DNA of 64,000 bases from Syntrophales bacterium (GCA_963668175.1 OY764159.1:3456001-3520000), one strand, 5' to 3'; counted from the stretch's first letter, positions 16,562 to 27,287 are shown. Notes: generated by a model from the sequence alone, not told the origin. Translations and numbers: made by a program.

Positions 16562-18013
16562 CTATTCCTTGATGCCCGCGATCTTCTTCGCCAGGGCCTT
16601 CTTGCGTTCCAGGTTGCCCTGGCGGGCGATCATGATCCGCTGCGCCTGCGGAGAACCCGCGCCGTGCATCGATTCCGTGCGATAGCCGACGGCTGCGGTC
16701 CCCAGGGTGATGTTCTCGATGAGGCGCAAGATCCGCATGCGGTGTTCCGCGGGAACCGAGGGAATGCCCTGCAGGTATCTCTTGACGTATTTTCCCGCCA
16801 CGGGGTGCTTCAGGTCTTTTTCGGAAGGCATGGTCACCATGAGGCCGCCGGCGATGTCCTCCGCGAGACGGGCGATCTCGTAAGGGTAGCGCGTCACGTT
16901 CTGCTTGCAGACGTTGGCGAGGAGGAGGTCGATGAGGTAGTTTCCCGAGGCCGTCTTGTACCCTTGCGCCGAACAGGCGATCCCGCAGGAATAAAGGGTT
17001 TCGTTCAGGTGCATCATCTCGATGAGCTTGTCCTTCACGTGGGACGCCTTGTTCGCGCCGTTGTAGTCGGCCGCCAGCGCCGCCGCGCCGATCAATACGT
17101 CGCCGACGCCCACCTTGCAGCCGCCGTAGCTCTGGCGGTGGTAGCCCGCGAACCGCTCCACCAGGGCGCCGCTGAATTCGTATTCGCCGCACATGAAGAC
17201 GTTCTCCCACGGCACGAAGAGATCGTCGAAGATCATCATGGCCTCGTGCCCGCCGAACTCCTTGTTGCCCATGTCGAACTCGCCGCCCTCCAGTTTGCGC
17301 GTATCGCAGGACTGGCGGCCGTAAATGTAGACGATGCCCTCGGCATCGGCCGGCGCGACGAACGAAAGGGCATAATCGGCGTCTTCCTTCGTCATGGTGA
17401 GGGTGGGCATGACGAGAATCCAGTGGGAGTTGACGGCGCCCGTCTGGTGGGCCTTGCATCCCCGCACGACGATGCCGTCCTTGCGCTTCTCCACGACGCG
17501 GCAGAACAGATCCGGGTCGGATTGCCTGGCGGGATTGAGCCCGCGGTCGCCCTTGACGTCCGTCATGGCGCCGTCCACGGTCCAGTCCTCCTCCTGCATC
17601 CTGAGGAGAAAGTTACGGAAGCGCGTATGGTATTCCGTGCCGAGTTTCCTGTCCATCTCGAAAGTCGTCGAGTCCACGGCGTTGATCGCGTCCATGCCCA
17701 CGCAGCGCTGGAAGCAGGCGGCAGTTTTCTGGCCCATGAGGCGCTGCATCTTGACCTTCCTGATCAGGTCGTCGGTGTTCTGGTGGAGATGGCAGAAGCG
17801 GTTGATTTTCTTCCCCGTGAGCGACGACGTCGCCGTCATCAGGTCCTCATGTTCCGGGTCCTGCGCCAGGGCGTAAGTCATCTTGACGGAATTCATGGAG
17901 GGCCGGATGATGGGATGATCCACGACGCTTGAGACCTCCTCCCCCATCAGGTATACTTTGAAATGCATCCGGCGCAGACTCTCTTCGTATTGCTCGGGTG
18001 TCTTGAGCGGCAT
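16562..18013 (-). CDS. abfD: 4-hydroxybutyryl-CoA dehydratase / vinylacetyl-CoA isomerase (copy 1)
   Basis: ACFQRCVGMD and YHRQSYGGCK Fe-S ligand motifs; ESMHGAGSPQAQR. Confidence 0.88.
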   Translation of the reverse strand: MPLKTPEQYEESLRRMHFKVYLMGEEVSSVVDHPIIRPSMNSVKMTYALAQDPEHEDLMTATSSLTGKKINRFCHLHQNTDDLIRKVKMQRLMGQKTAACFQRCVGMDAINAVDSTTFEMDRKLGTEYHTRFRNFLLRMQEEDWTVDGAMTDVKGDRGLNPARQSDPDLFCRVVEKRKDGIVVRGCKAHQTGAVNSHWILVMPTLTMTKEDADYALSFVAPADAEGIVYIYGRQSCDTRKLEGGEFDMGNKEFGGHEAMMIFDDLFVPWENVFMCGEYEFSGALVERFAGYHRQSYGGCKVGVGDVLIGAAALAADYNGANKASHVKDKLIEMMHLNETLYSCGIACSAQGYKTASGNYLIDLLLANVCKQNVTRYPYEIARLAEDIAGGLMVTMPSEKDLKHPVAGKYVKRYLQGIPSVPAEHRMRILRLIENITLGTAAVGYRTESMHGAGSPQAQRIMIARQGNLERKKALAKKIAGIKE

Positions 18014-18078
18014 ACATAACCTCCTCTGACTTGCTTGCTCTTTGGTTTATAGGGAGTTCTAAAGCTTACGTCAACGAA

Positions 18079-18957
18079 TCAAGAACTCTCCGCCTGCCTC
18101 TTGAGACGCTTCCAGTGCCGGTCCGTATATTCCTGTATCCACGCAATGTCTTCCTTCTTAAGGAAATCGAAACGGCCCTGGAGTTTCAGGTAATCTTCCA
18201 CGGGCACCCGGACCGGCTCCTCGTTCAGGATATAGCGTTCCCCGTCCTCCACTTCATAGAGGGGAAACAGACGGGCCTGAACGGCCAGCCGGGCGATGCG
18301 GATGGTAAGCTCGGAAGAAAAACGCCACCCGACCGGGCACGGAGAGACAATATGGACAAACTTGAATCCTCTCGTCTCCCTGGCCTTCCTGACCTTGCGG
18401 ACCAGGTCGTCCATATAGGCGATGGAGGCCGTGGCAATGTAAGGTACGCGGTGCGCGGCCATGATTTGCATCATGTCCTTCTTGGGCTGATTCTTCAAAC
18501 TGAGCGGAGGCGTTGTCGTCGTCCAGGCGCCCCACGGGGTCGCCGAAGAACGCTGAATACCCGTGTTCATATAGGCTTCGTTGTCGTAGCAGATATAAAT
18601 AATGTCCTCGTTCCTCTCGGCCGCTCCGGAAAGCGCTTGGATGCCTATGTCGAAGCCTCCCCCGTCCCCCGAAATGGCCAGGACCGTCGTTTCCGTATCC
18701 CCCTTCATATCCAGCGTCGCCCTTACGCCTGAGGCGGCCGCCCCGGTGGAGGCAAAGGCCGTATTGTAGGTCGGCAGCTTAAGGGGAGAGGCCGGCAGGA
18801 CCCCCGAGATGGTCCCGAAGCAACCGGCTGTCGTCACCACAATCGTTCGTTCTCCCAGGGCCTGAAAGACATTGCGCAGGACAACGGGCATGCCGCAGCC
18901 CGGGCAGCACCCGTGGCCGGAGTAAAGGTATTCCTTGCTGAATTCTTTGGCTTTCAT
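18079..18957 (-). CDS. 2-oxoacid:ferredoxin oxidoreductase beta subunit (TPP-binding)
   Basis: GHGCCPGCG and GDGG...DNEAYMNTGIQRS; start at MKAKEF. Confidence 0.9.
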   Translation of the reverse strand: MKAKEFSKEYLYSGHGCCPGCGMPVVLRNVFQALGERTIVVTTAGCFGTISGVLPASPLKLPTYNTAFASTGAAASGVRATLDMKGDTETTVLAISGDGGGFDIGIQALSGAAERNEDIIYICYDNEAYMNTGIQRSSATPWGAWTTTTPPLSLKNQPKKDMMQIMAAHRVPYIATASIAYMDDLVRKVRKARETRGFKFVHIVSPCPVGWRFSSELTIRIARLAVQARLFPLYEVEDGERYILNEEPVRVPVEDYLKLQGRFDFLKKEDIAWIQEYTDRHWKRLKRQAESS

Positions 18958-20108
18958 TCCTGCACCCCCATCCAGACGGGTCCGCCCTCGGGGCTCCTGC
19001 GATTCATCGTATGCCCGATCATGTCCCCGATCAATGCCGGGCTGACGTCCCGCCCGCCTATTCCGGCGATAAACTCGAACAGTTTCGGTTTCCTGCTCCT
19101 GTTGTAAAAGGCGGCCTTGAGCTCCTGCGCAACGATCCCTCCCGATCCCGACGAATTGTCCCTGTCGAGAACGGCAATCTTCTTCGCCCCGGACAGCGCC
19201 TCGACCAGCTCCGCCGACGGGAAGGGCCTGAACATGCGCAGACGGCAAAGGCCCACCTTATGCCCCTGCCTCCCGTAATCCTCGATGACTTCCCGGGCGG
19301 TCCCGGCGGCCGTTCCCATCATGACGAGGATGACGTCCGCGTCGCTGCAACCAACCTGTTCTATGATCCCGTATCCCCGTCCGAATTGAGCCTTGAATTC
19401 CCTGTCCGCCTGCACGGCCACATGCTTCGCTTCGTCCATGGCTTTCTGGGCGTTGTACCTCAGATAGACGAACGTGGACGGATCGGAAATCATGTTGAAG
19501 CAGTGCGGATCGTTCGTATCGAGCGTGTACCTGGCGCTGCCCGTGGGCAGGAAACGATCCACGGCCGTCTGATCCGGTACGTCGACGGGCTCGGACGTGT
19601 GCGTAAGGACGAACCCGTCCAGCAAGACCATAACGGGCAGGAGGACGGCCTCGGCGATCCGGTAAGCCTGGATGACCGTGTCCAGGGCCTCCTGGGCGCT
19701 CTCGCAGTATATCTGCATCCATCCCGTGTCCCTCTGGGAAAGGCTGTCGCCGTGGTCGCACCAGATGTTCCAGGGGGAGCCCAGCGCGCGGTTGGCATTG
19801 ACCATGACGACCGGCAGACGGGTCCCCGCAGCCCAATGCAGCATTTCGTGCATGTAGGCCAGCCCGTGGGAGGACGAGGCCGTAAAGACCCGCGCCCCGG
19901 CAACCGAAGCGGCGGCCACACAGGCCATGGCGGAATGTTCCGATTCGACGCGGACGAATTTCGCCCGGCACCGCCCGTCGGCGCACATTTCGGATAATTC
20001 TTCAATGATGGTCGTCTGCGGCGTAATCGGATAGGCCGCTATGACTTCGGGCCGTGCAAGCGCGACCCCATGGGAAACGGCGGCATTGCCGGTCATCATC
20101 TTCTTCAT
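18954..20108 (-). CDS. 2-oxoacid:ferredoxin oxidoreductase alpha subunit
   Basis: AAYPITPQT, ESEHSAM, RMFRPFP. Confidence 0.9.
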   Translation of the reverse strand: MKKMMTGNAAVSHGVALARPEVIAAYPITPQTTIIEELSEMCADGRCRAKFVRVESEHSAMACVAAASVAGARVFTASSSHGLAYMHEMLHWAAGTRLPVVMVNANRALGSPWNIWCDHGDSLSQRDTGWMQIYCESAQEALDTVIQAYRIAEAVLLPVMVLLDGFVLTHTSEPVDVPDQTAVDRFLPTGSARYTLDTNDPHCFNMISDPSTFVYLRYNAQKAMDEAKHVAVQADREFKAQFGRGYGIIEQVGCSDADVILVMMGTAAGTAREVIEDYGRQGHKVGLCRLRMFRPFPSAELVEALSGAKKIAVLDRDNSSGSGGIVAQELKAAFYNRSRKPKLFEFIAGIGGRDVSPALIGDMIGHTMNRRSPEGGPVWMGVQE

Positions 20109-21865
20109 TTTCCAACCTCCACAGAGATTGCGCCGCGAGGACACTCCTCCACGCACAGGCAACATCCCTTGCAGTAATCGTAGTTTATTTCATACCCCTG
20201 TTTATCCGGCCTTGCCGAGACGGCCAGGTCCGGACAGTAGATCAGGCAATTGTGGCAGAGGTTGCATACCCCGCAGTTGAAGCATCGCTTCGCCTCGCGG
20301 AGAGCATCTTCCCGGGAGAGGCCGAGATTGACTTCGGCAAAATCTTCGCAGCGGCCGGACAGCGGCAGCTTCCCTTTCGGCGTCCGTTTCTCGCGTTTGA
20401 AATAGGCCAGGTTCAGGTCGGACGGCGCAATCACGTCCTGCGCCTGCCCATCCCGACTTCTATAGCGCGACATGGACAGCGCGCCTTTATTCCCGACGCG
20501 CGCGGCATCCAGCGCATCGGCGGCGTCGTTTCCCGTCAGGTAGGCGTCGATCGCCATCGCCGCCCTCTTGCCGGAACCGATGGCGAAAGCGACCGTGCGC
20601 GGCTGGGCCGTCATGTCCCCGCCTCCAAAAACGCCTTTCAGGGCCGTGCTCCCCGTGCCGTCCACGGACAGGAACCGGGAATCCCTTTGCAGGCCGGCTG
20701 GCAGGAAGGACATGTCCGGAACCTCTCCGATCGCCGAAATGACCGTATCGATTTTGAGAGAAAAGTTCGATCCGTTCAAGGGCAGCGGCACCCTGCGGCC
20801 GTCCTTGCCGGGATCGCCCAGGATGTTCCCGATGCATTCGATGGCCGACACCTTCCCGCGTTCCGTCACAATCCTCACCGGGGAAGTCAAAAACAGCGTC
20901 GTGACGTTCTCATCCCCGGCGTCGGCCACTTCTTCCGCCCAGGCAGGCATCTCTTCTTTCGTGCGCCGATAGACGACCCATACCTTCGCCCCAAGGCGCA
21001 CGGCCGTACGGGCCGCATCCATGGCCGTATTCCCGCCGCCGATGACGGCCACGCGTTCGCCGATATCCGCCTTTTCTCCGGAATGAACCTTCTTCAGAAA
21101 TGCCAGGCCCGACATGACCCCCGCCGCCTCCTCGCCGGGGATATTCAAAGGCAGACTTTCCCAAGCGCCCGTGGCGGCGAAGACGGCGGCGTATTTTTTC
21201 AAGTCTTCCCATGCCAGATCGCGTCCCACCCGAACCTCCGTCATGACTTCCACGCCCAGCGAGACGATGCGTTCGATCTCCCGGTCCAGAACATCCCTGG
21301 GAAGGCGATAACCCGGGATACCGTACCGCAAAACGCCGCCGAGCTTCTTTTCCGCTTCGAACAGGGTGATCCCATACCCCATGCGGGCCAGATGATAGGC
21401 GCAGGAGAGTCCCGCAGGACCGGAGCCGATAACGGCGACCCTTTCATGCCTCTTTTGCACAGGCGCGTCGGGTTTTCTTCCCGACACGCACGCCGCATCG
21501 CCGATAAAGCGCTCCAGGGCATTGATCGATACCGGTTCATCCAATGCGTTCCGGCTGCACGCGGCCTCGCACGGATGAAAACAGACCCGGCCGCAGACGC
21601 CCGGCAGCGGATTTTCCTCCATAATCTTATCCCAGGCCCCCGGATAGTCTTCCTCTCCGGCAAGGACCATCACGGATTCCACGTCTTCACCGGCCGGACA
21701 TGCCTCGCTGCACGGCGCGATCTTGTTCTGATACTTCGGGGTCAGGAAGCGCCAGGTTCCGGTTTTGGACGCCAGCGTCCCCTCCGTCGAGACACACACA
21801 TAGGGCAGAGGCGGCTTCGGCGAAGCGACGGACGGTTTTGCCTTACGAACTTTCTTCTTTTCCAT
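20105..21865 (-). CDS. Delta-subunit / GltD-like FAD-NAD(P) oxidoreductase fusion with Fe-S clusters
   Basis: KTGTWR, CSEACPAG, CGRVCFHPCE, GSGPAG, GGGNTA; C-terminal CNLCHNCLIYCP and DYCKGCCLCVEECP. Confidence 0.85.
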   Translation of the reverse strand: MEKKKVRKAKPSVASPKPPLPYVCVSTEGTLASKTGTWRFLTPKYQNKIAPCSEACPAGEDVESVMVLAGEEDYPGAWDKIMEENPLPGVCGRVCFHPCEAACSRNALDEPVSINALERFIGDAACVSGRKPDAPVQKRHERVAVIGSGPAGLSCAYHLARMGYGITLFEAEKKLGGVLRYGIPGYRLPRDVLDREIERIVSLGVEVMTEVRVGRDLAWEDLKKYAAVFAATGAWESLPLNIPGEEAAGVMSGLAFLKKVHSGEKADIGERVAVIGGGNTAMDAARTAVRLGAKVWVVYRRTKEEMPAWAEEVADAGDENVTTLFLTSPVRIVTERGKVSAIECIGNILGDPGKDGRRVPLPLNGSNFSLKIDTVISAIGEVPDMSFLPAGLQRDSRFLSVDGTGSTALKGVFGGGDMTAQPRTVAFAIGSGKRAAMAIDAYLTGNDAADALDAARVGNKGALSMSRYRSRDGQAQDVIAPSDLNLAYFKREKRTPKGKLPLSGRCEDFAEVNLGLSREDALREAKRCFNCGVCNLCHNCLIYCPDLAVSARPDKQGYEINYDYCKGCCLCVEECPRGAISVEVGK

Positions 21866-21922
21866 TCTTGACTCCCGCTTTATGAGACATGATGACAAAT
21901 GCACCTGTCTGTTGAACAGCCC

Positions 21923-22471
21923 TCAGGCCGATGCCCGCTCGTATGCCGACCTTGCCGCGGTGACATTCTCTTCGGTTTTCGACGGAACCGATTCCCTGAT
22001 TCCCTCGACCACGGCCTCGATACCCACGAGACGGGTGATCCTGGAGAATGCGCCGAGAATGACGGTATTGACCACGGGCGCGGTTACGGGCCCCAGAGCG
22101 TGTTGCTGAGCGATATGGCCGGCATCCACGGTGGCCACCCTGAAAGCCCCGAGACTTGCAAAGCAGGACGACGATTTCGGCGTATTGATGATGATCCAGC
22201 CTTGCGCTTTCAGCCCCGCCGTCACATCCACGACATCGAGAACGGATTCGTCCAGGACGACGACAAGGTCCGGTTCATAGACCTGCGACCGGCGCGTGAT
22301 CGTTTTTTCGTCAAACCGGACAAAAGCGGCGACCGGCGCCCCGCGCCGTTCGGCCCCGAATGCCGGAAAAGACTGGGCGGATTTGCCTTCCTTAAAGAGG
22401 GCGGAGGCGAGAATTTTTGAAGCGATCACGGCTCCCTGCCCTCCCCTCCCGTGAAATCGGATTTCGACCAT
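21923..22471 (-). CDS. 2-oxoacid:ferredoxin oxidoreductase gamma subunit
   Basis: EIRFHGRGGQG and FGAERRGAPV. Confidence 0.9.
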   Translation of the reverse strand: MVEIRFHGRGGQGAVIASKILASALFKEGKSAQSFPAFGAERRGAPVAAFVRFDEKTITRRSQVYEPDLVVVLDESVLDVVDVTAGLKAQGWIIINTPKSSSCFASLGAFRVATVDAGHIAQQHALGPVTAPVVNTVILGAFSRITRLVGIEAVVEGIRESVPSKTEENVTAARSAYERASA

Positions 22472-22724
22472 GGTCATTCCCCTTCTTATCGTCCGACGAT
22501 AGATCCCTATGTCGATTTCAGCAGGGATGCATGCCTGCGCATTTCCGTCACCGACAGGCCGCCCTCTGCGAAGCCGCCTGATTCGACCGCAGACATCTCC
22601 CCTTTCGCCAGGGCAGACGATCCCCGCGATTTGTATCTTCGAACCGGACGATGACATTCAACAACCGGCCCCTCGACACTCCGGATATTTTTGAGGGGCC
22701 GGTTTGTTTACAAACAGGTCCCCG

Positions 22725-23606
22725 TCAATAAGGCGGTTCCCCCTGGATGGAGCCGACCAAATCCATGGCCTTCTTGACCTGATCCCGGGTTCCCCTGATA
22801 ACGATCCAGGATGCGCCCTCCGCGCCGCTGATACCGCCCGCACTGGACTGGAAGGCCGTTGCTCCCGTGAGGATGTTGACAGCCTCGAGTTCCGTCACGA
22901 TCTCGCCCGTGACGAGCCACATGGAGGGAATCGTGTAGCCGGGGAAGAACGCCTTCGATTTGCCGGCAGGGGCGGGAAGCGTCTCCATGGGCTCGCGCAT
23001 CTTCAGGGTCGTCTCCACCAAGTCCCCTGCAACCAGCTTCTCCAGGCCGACCGGAATGACGAGGTGAACCTTCCGTGCGATGACGTAGGGTATGGTGATC
23101 CCCGTCGTCCCGCCTGCCGGGTCGAGGATATTGATCGCCGCCGTCTTGTTTTTGTAATCCAGGGCATTCGCCCCCTTGATGACGACGTCTCCCGCTTTCA
23201 GTTTCTTCGCCGCGTCGGGCAGCGGGATATCGACGACTTTGCCTTTTTCCAGAATCAGGTGGTTGATCGGTTTAACCGCGGGCAGGTTCTTGGCCCCTCT
23301 CTCGGGTTCGATTCTTCCCGTCACGAATGCCGCGTGGTCGGCTTTCTTCCCGGTGAGCTCCTCCGCCACGTAGGCGTCGGTCGTCCCCTTGATGACGATG
23401 ACCATGCCGTTTGCCAGGGCATTCTTGACGATCGGCATCTGCGCCACCGCCTTGCCGATCAGCCTCTTGGATTCGGACACCGTCAGGATCGCTCCGCTTT
23501 GGACTACTTTAGCCGGCTCCGCCGCGGATAATATCCCCGCGAAAAGCCACGAACCGGCGATGACCGTCGCCGTAAAAACGACTGCCGCCCTCAAACCTCT
23601 TTTCAT
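22725..23606 (-). CDS. Exported hypothetical protein
   Basis: Signal-peptide-like N-terminus and RBS; VIKGANALD...GGTTG...IPVGLEK; function not recognised. Confidence 0.7.
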   Translation of the reverse strand: MKRGLRAAVVFTATVIAGSWLFAGILSAAEPAKVVQSGAILTVSESKRLIGKAVAQMPIVKNALANGMVIVIKGTTDAYVAEELTGKKADHAAFVTGRIEPERGAKNLPAVKPINHLILEKGKVVDIPLPDAAKKLKAGDVVIKGANALDYKNKTAAINILDPAGGTTGITIPYVIARKVHLVIPVGLEKLVAGDLVETTLKMREPMETLPAPAGKSKAFFPGYTIPSMWLVTGEIVTELEAVNILTGATAFQSSAGGISGAEGASWIVIRGTRDQVKKAMDLVGSIQGEPPY

Positions 23607-23712
23607 GATGTATTCCTCCTTTCACCGTGTTGATTCACTTTGTATCGTTATTCCGCACCAGTGTCGCCAAAGCCGCAGGAACCGCCTCGTCCGACCTGGA
23701 TGTACCGCACAT

Positions 23713-24477
23713 TCAGAGGCGTTCGCGCTCGGTACGGCGGCGCTGACGAGCCTCCTTGATATGGGCGTGGCCGCCCAGATAGTGTTCTTTGATCTCTTCG
23801 CTCTCCAGGAGATCGGCCGCCGTATCGGTCAGCATCATCCTGCCCGTTTCCAGAACAAAGCCGCGGTTGGCGATCAGGAGCGCCATCCGGGCGTTCTGTT
23901 CCACCAGCAGGATCGTCGTACCCGACTTGTTGATTTCCTGGATGACCTTGAACACCTCCTGCACCAGAACCGGCGCAAGACCGAGCGACGGTTCGTCCAA
24001 AAGCAGGATCTTCGCTCTGGACATCAGTCCCCGCCCGATGGCCAGCATCTGCTGCTGGCCGCCGGACAACTGCCAGCCGGGCCGATCCTTGAACTCCCCC
24101 AACTGGGGGAAAATACCGAAGACATGGTCGAGATCGTTGCGCATGTCCTTCTGCGATACGCGCCCCCGGGCCGTCGAACCCAGCATGAGGTTGTCCAGGA
24201 CGGTGAGTCCGGGGAAGATGTGCCGCCCCTCCGGAACGCAGGCGATCCCTGTCTTCGCGATCTCTTCCGCCTCCATTCCCGTGATATCCCGGCCCAGGAA
24301 TGCGATCTTGCCCTTCGACGGTTTCAGGATGCCCATGATCGTCATAATGGTCGTGCTTTTGCCGGCGCCGTTCGCTCCCAGCAGGGCCACGATCTCCCCT
24401 TGCTGAACGTCCAGCGAGATGCCCTTCAACGCCTGAATGGCCCCGTACCAGGTTTCGATTCCCTGAATCTTAAGCAT
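23713..24477 (-). CDS. livF: LIV-type ABC transporter ATPase (LivF-like)
   Basis: GANGAGKS, LSGGQQQMLAIGR, LLLDEPSLGLAP, LVEQNA. Confidence 0.9.
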   Translation of the reverse strand: MLKIQGIETWYGAIQALKGISLDVQQGEIVALLGANGAGKSTTIMTIMGILKPSKGKIAFLGRDITGMEAEEIAKTGIACVPEGRHIFPGLTVLDNLMLGSTARGRVSQKDMRNDLDHVFGIFPQLGEFKDRPGWQLSGGQQQMLAIGRGLMSRAKILLLDEPSLGLAPVLVQEVFKVIQEINKSGTTILLVEQNARMALLIANRGFVLETGRMMLTDTAADLLESEEIKEHYLGGHAHIKEARQRRRTERERL

Positions 24478-26305
24478 TCCCCACCTCCGTTCCCAGATAG
24501 GCGTCGATCACCTCGGCGTTCTTCTCGACTTCCTCGGCGGAACCTTCCGCAATTTTTCTGCCGAAGTTCAGAACTGTAATATGGTCGGAAACATTCATGA
24601 CCAGGCTCATGTCGTGTTCGACCAGCAAAATGGTGACGCCCTGCCTGCATATTTGGAACAGAAGCTCCACCAGCGCCTCGGTTTCAGCGGCATTCAAACC
24701 GGCCGCCGGCTCGTCCAGGAGGAGAAGCCTGGGGTCCGATGCCAGGGCGCGCGCCAGTTCCAGCAGACGCTGCTGGCCGTACGGCAGGCTGCTGGACTTG
24801 GTGAACTCTTTGCCCCTGAGGCCGACGAAGCTCAGCAACTTCAGCGCCTTTGCCCGCATCCGGGCCTCTTCGGCCCTCTGGGAGGGCGGTTGAAAAATAC
24901 TGGCCATGACGCCGGCCTTGGATTGACAATGCTGGCCGATGAGGAGATTATCCAGCACCGTGAGATCCCCAAAAAGGCGGATATTCTGGAACGTCCTCGC
25001 TATGCCCAGGGAGGTGATGACATGCGGCTTCAGTCCGCCGATGACTTTCCCCTCCAGGGTGATTTCTCCGGCTGTCGGGACATAGAGGCCGCTGAGCACA
25101 TTGAGGGTCGTCGTCTTTCCGGAGCCGTTGGGCCCGATGAGAGCCTGAATCTCGCCCCGCCGGACCTGCATGTCCACGCCGTCCACCGCCTTGAGCCCTC
25201 CGAAATGCTTTGCCAGCGCCCTGATCGTCAGCAGCACTTCGCCCGATCCCGAACATTCTTCGATTTTGAATGAATGGGATACCGCTTCGGCATTGCCTGA
25301 CGGAGGCGCTTCCGCCGCAGGCTGCCGTGCCGGCGACGAATCGGAATTCCACCAGGCGCTCAACCGCAGACTGATCGGCATGCTCTTCACCAGGCCGGCA
25401 ATGCCGCTGGGCATGAAGATCATGATGACCACGATGCCGGCGGCGTAGACCATCATGTAAGAGTCTTTCAGAAACCGCAGCGTCTCCGGCAACAGCGTCA
25501 GCAGCGTGGCGCCCACGATGGAACCGATGGGGGACCCGTTCCCGCCCAGAACGGTCATGACCAGTATGATCACGGATTGCTCGAAGGAAAAGGTATCCGG
25601 ACTGATATAGTGCGAGCCGCTGTGGGCGAACAGCCAGCCTCCGAACCCCCCGTAACCCGCCGATAGCGAGAAGGCCACGATCTTGTAATAGGTCGTATCC
25701 ACCCCGGCCGTCCCCGCGGCCATCTCGTTCTCCCGGATGGCCAGCAGGGCCCGGCCCACACGGGAGTTTTTGAGGCGGAGGGCTCCCCAGGTGAACAGGA
25801 TCAATGCCGCGGCCGCCAGATAGAAGAATTCTTCCGGGTCCTTCAGCTCAAGGGGGCCGAGCCACGGCGAGGGGATCTTGGTGATCCCGTCGGCGCCGTT
25901 GGTGAGCCAGATCTCATTGACCAGGATAAGCTGAAGAATGATCCCGAATCCGATCGTCGCCATGGCCAGGTAATGGCCGGACAGTTTGAGGGTGGGAATG
26001 CCGAGCAGGATCCCGAAGAAGGCCGCTACGAAGAAAGCGGCGAACATCCCCGCCCATACCGGCAGACCGAGCTTGGTGGTCAGGATGGCCGACGTGTAGG
26101 CCCCCACTCCCCAGAATGCCGCCTGGGCCAGCGACAACTGCCCGGTGTATCCCAGGACGATGTTCAATCCCAAACAGGCGATCGAAAAGCTGATGGACAG
26201 GTTGATCAGATTCAGCCAGTAGTTGCTCTCCAACACCCGGGGGAGAAGCAGGACGGCGCCGATCAAAACGACGGGAACGATCAGTCTCTTTATATTGGTA
26301 TTCAT
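24470..26305 (-). CDS. LIV-type ABC permease-ATPase fusion (LivM-LivG)
   Basis: GYTGQLSLAQAAF permease domain followed by GPNGSGKT, ARTFQNIRLF and LLLDEPAAG. Confidence 0.9.
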   Translation of the reverse strand: MNTNIKRLIVPVVLIGAVLLLPRVLESNYWLNLINLSISFSIACLGLNIVLGYTGQLSLAQAAFWGVGAYTSAILTTKLGLPVWAGMFAAFFVAAFFGILLGIPTLKLSGHYLAMATIGFGIILQLILVNEIWLTNGADGITKIPSPWLGPLELKDPEEFFYLAAAALILFTWGALRLKNSRVGRALLAIRENEMAAGTAGVDTTYYKIVAFSLSAGYGGFGGWLFAHSGSHYISPDTFSFEQSVIILVMTVLGGNGSPIGSIVGATLLTLLPETLRFLKDSYMMVYAAGIVVIMIFMPSGIAGLVKSMPISLRLSAWWNSDSSPARQPAAEAPPSGNAEAVSHSFKIEECSGSGEVLLTIRALAKHFGGLKAVDGVDMQVRRGEIQALIGPNGSGKTTTLNVLSGLYVPTAGEITLEGKVIGGLKPHVITSLGIARTFQNIRLFGDLTVLDNLLIGQHCQSKAGVMASIFQPPSQRAEEARMRAKALKLLSFVGLRGKEFTKSSSLPYGQQRLLELARALASDPRLLLLDEPAAGLNAAETEALVELLFQICRQGVTILLVEHDMSLVMNVSDHITVLNFGRKIAEGSAEEVEKNAEVIDAYLGTEVGNA

Positions 26306-26315
26306 AGGCGCCTCA

Positions 26316-27197
26316 CTATGCCTTCTCGGCGATCTTCTCGCCGAAAAACCCCTGCGGACGCAGAAGCAGAACGAGAATCAGAATCATGAAGGCAAAGGCG
26401 TCGCGATAGGCCGTGGAGATATAGTACGAGCCGAATACTTCGATCACGCCCAGAAATACGCCGCCTAGGATGGCTCCGGGAATGCTCCCGAATCCACCCA
26501 CAATGGCCGAGCAGAACGCCTTGAGCCCGATCATCGCCCCCATATCCTTGGTCACGAAAAAAATGGGCCCGACCAGGATTCCGGCCGCCGCTCCCAGGAT
26601 CGAACTGTAGGCGAAGGTAATGACGATCATCCTCGCCACCTTGATGCCCAGGAGCCTTGCCATGTCCTTGTCCTGCGCCGTCGCCAGCATCTTTTTACCC
26701 AGAAGGGTCCTTTCGAAGATGAAGTACTGGAAGCCGAGGAGAACCAGGGTGCAGATGACGATTACAATGTACTGGGGGTCCAGGAGCACACCGAGTATGT
26801 TCACCGCATCCGCGGAGGTCGGCCGCGGCATGGACAACGGTTCGGCGCCGAAAATGAGCTGCGCCCCGTTTTTCAGGAAGATACCGACGCCGATGGTGCT
26901 GATCACAACCGGCAGGAAACTGCGGTTACGCAACGGATAGTACGCGACCCGCTGGAAGACGATGCCGAAGGCAATCATGAAGGAGACCGTGATCACGCAC
27001 GCCAGAACGAAGGGAACCTCCAGGCCGGCCAGCAGCCATACGGCTATAAAAGCCGGAACCATCGCAAATTCCCCCTGTGCAAAATTGACAACATTGACCG
27101 CATTGAAAATCAGGACAAATCCGAGGGCAACCAGGGCATATATCGATCCCATGGCCAGGCCTGCGGCTATCATTTGCAGATTTGTGGACCAATCCAT
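26316..27197 (-). CDS. livH: LIV-type ABC permease (LivH-like)
   Basis: YALVALGFVLIF, NFAQGE, GGFGSIPGA, LLRPQG. Confidence 0.9.
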   Translation of the reverse strand: MDWSTNLQMIAAGLAMGSIYALVALGFVLIFNAVNVVNFAQGEFAMVPAFIAVWLLAGLEVPFVLACVITVSFMIAFGIVFQRVAYYPLRNRSFLPVVISTIGVGIFLKNGAQLIFGAEPLSMPRPTSADAVNILGVLLDPQYIVIVICTLVLLGFQYFIFERTLLGKKMLATAQDKDMARLLGIKVARMIVITFAYSSILGAAAGILVGPIFFVTKDMGAMIGLKAFCSAIVGGFGSIPGAILGGVFLGVIEVFGSYYISTAYRDAFAFMILILVLLLRPQGFFGEKIAEKA

Positions 27198-27287
27198 TAG
27201 AAACCTTCCTTCGAGGCATCCGGTGCCGGCATCCCCCCATACCGGAAGACCGAATGCCTCTTGTGTATATCCGGGAGACGGGAGGTG

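Noticed and set aside
16562..18013. 4-hydroxyphenylacetate 3-monooxygenase (HpaB) call for the abfD genes
   Set aside because: The Fe-S ligand motifs CFQRC and HRQSYGGC and the anaerobic acyl-CoA context favour AbfD.
24470..26305. LivM-LivG fusion as a novelty
   Set aside because: Such permease-ATPase fusions are common in LIV-type transporters.
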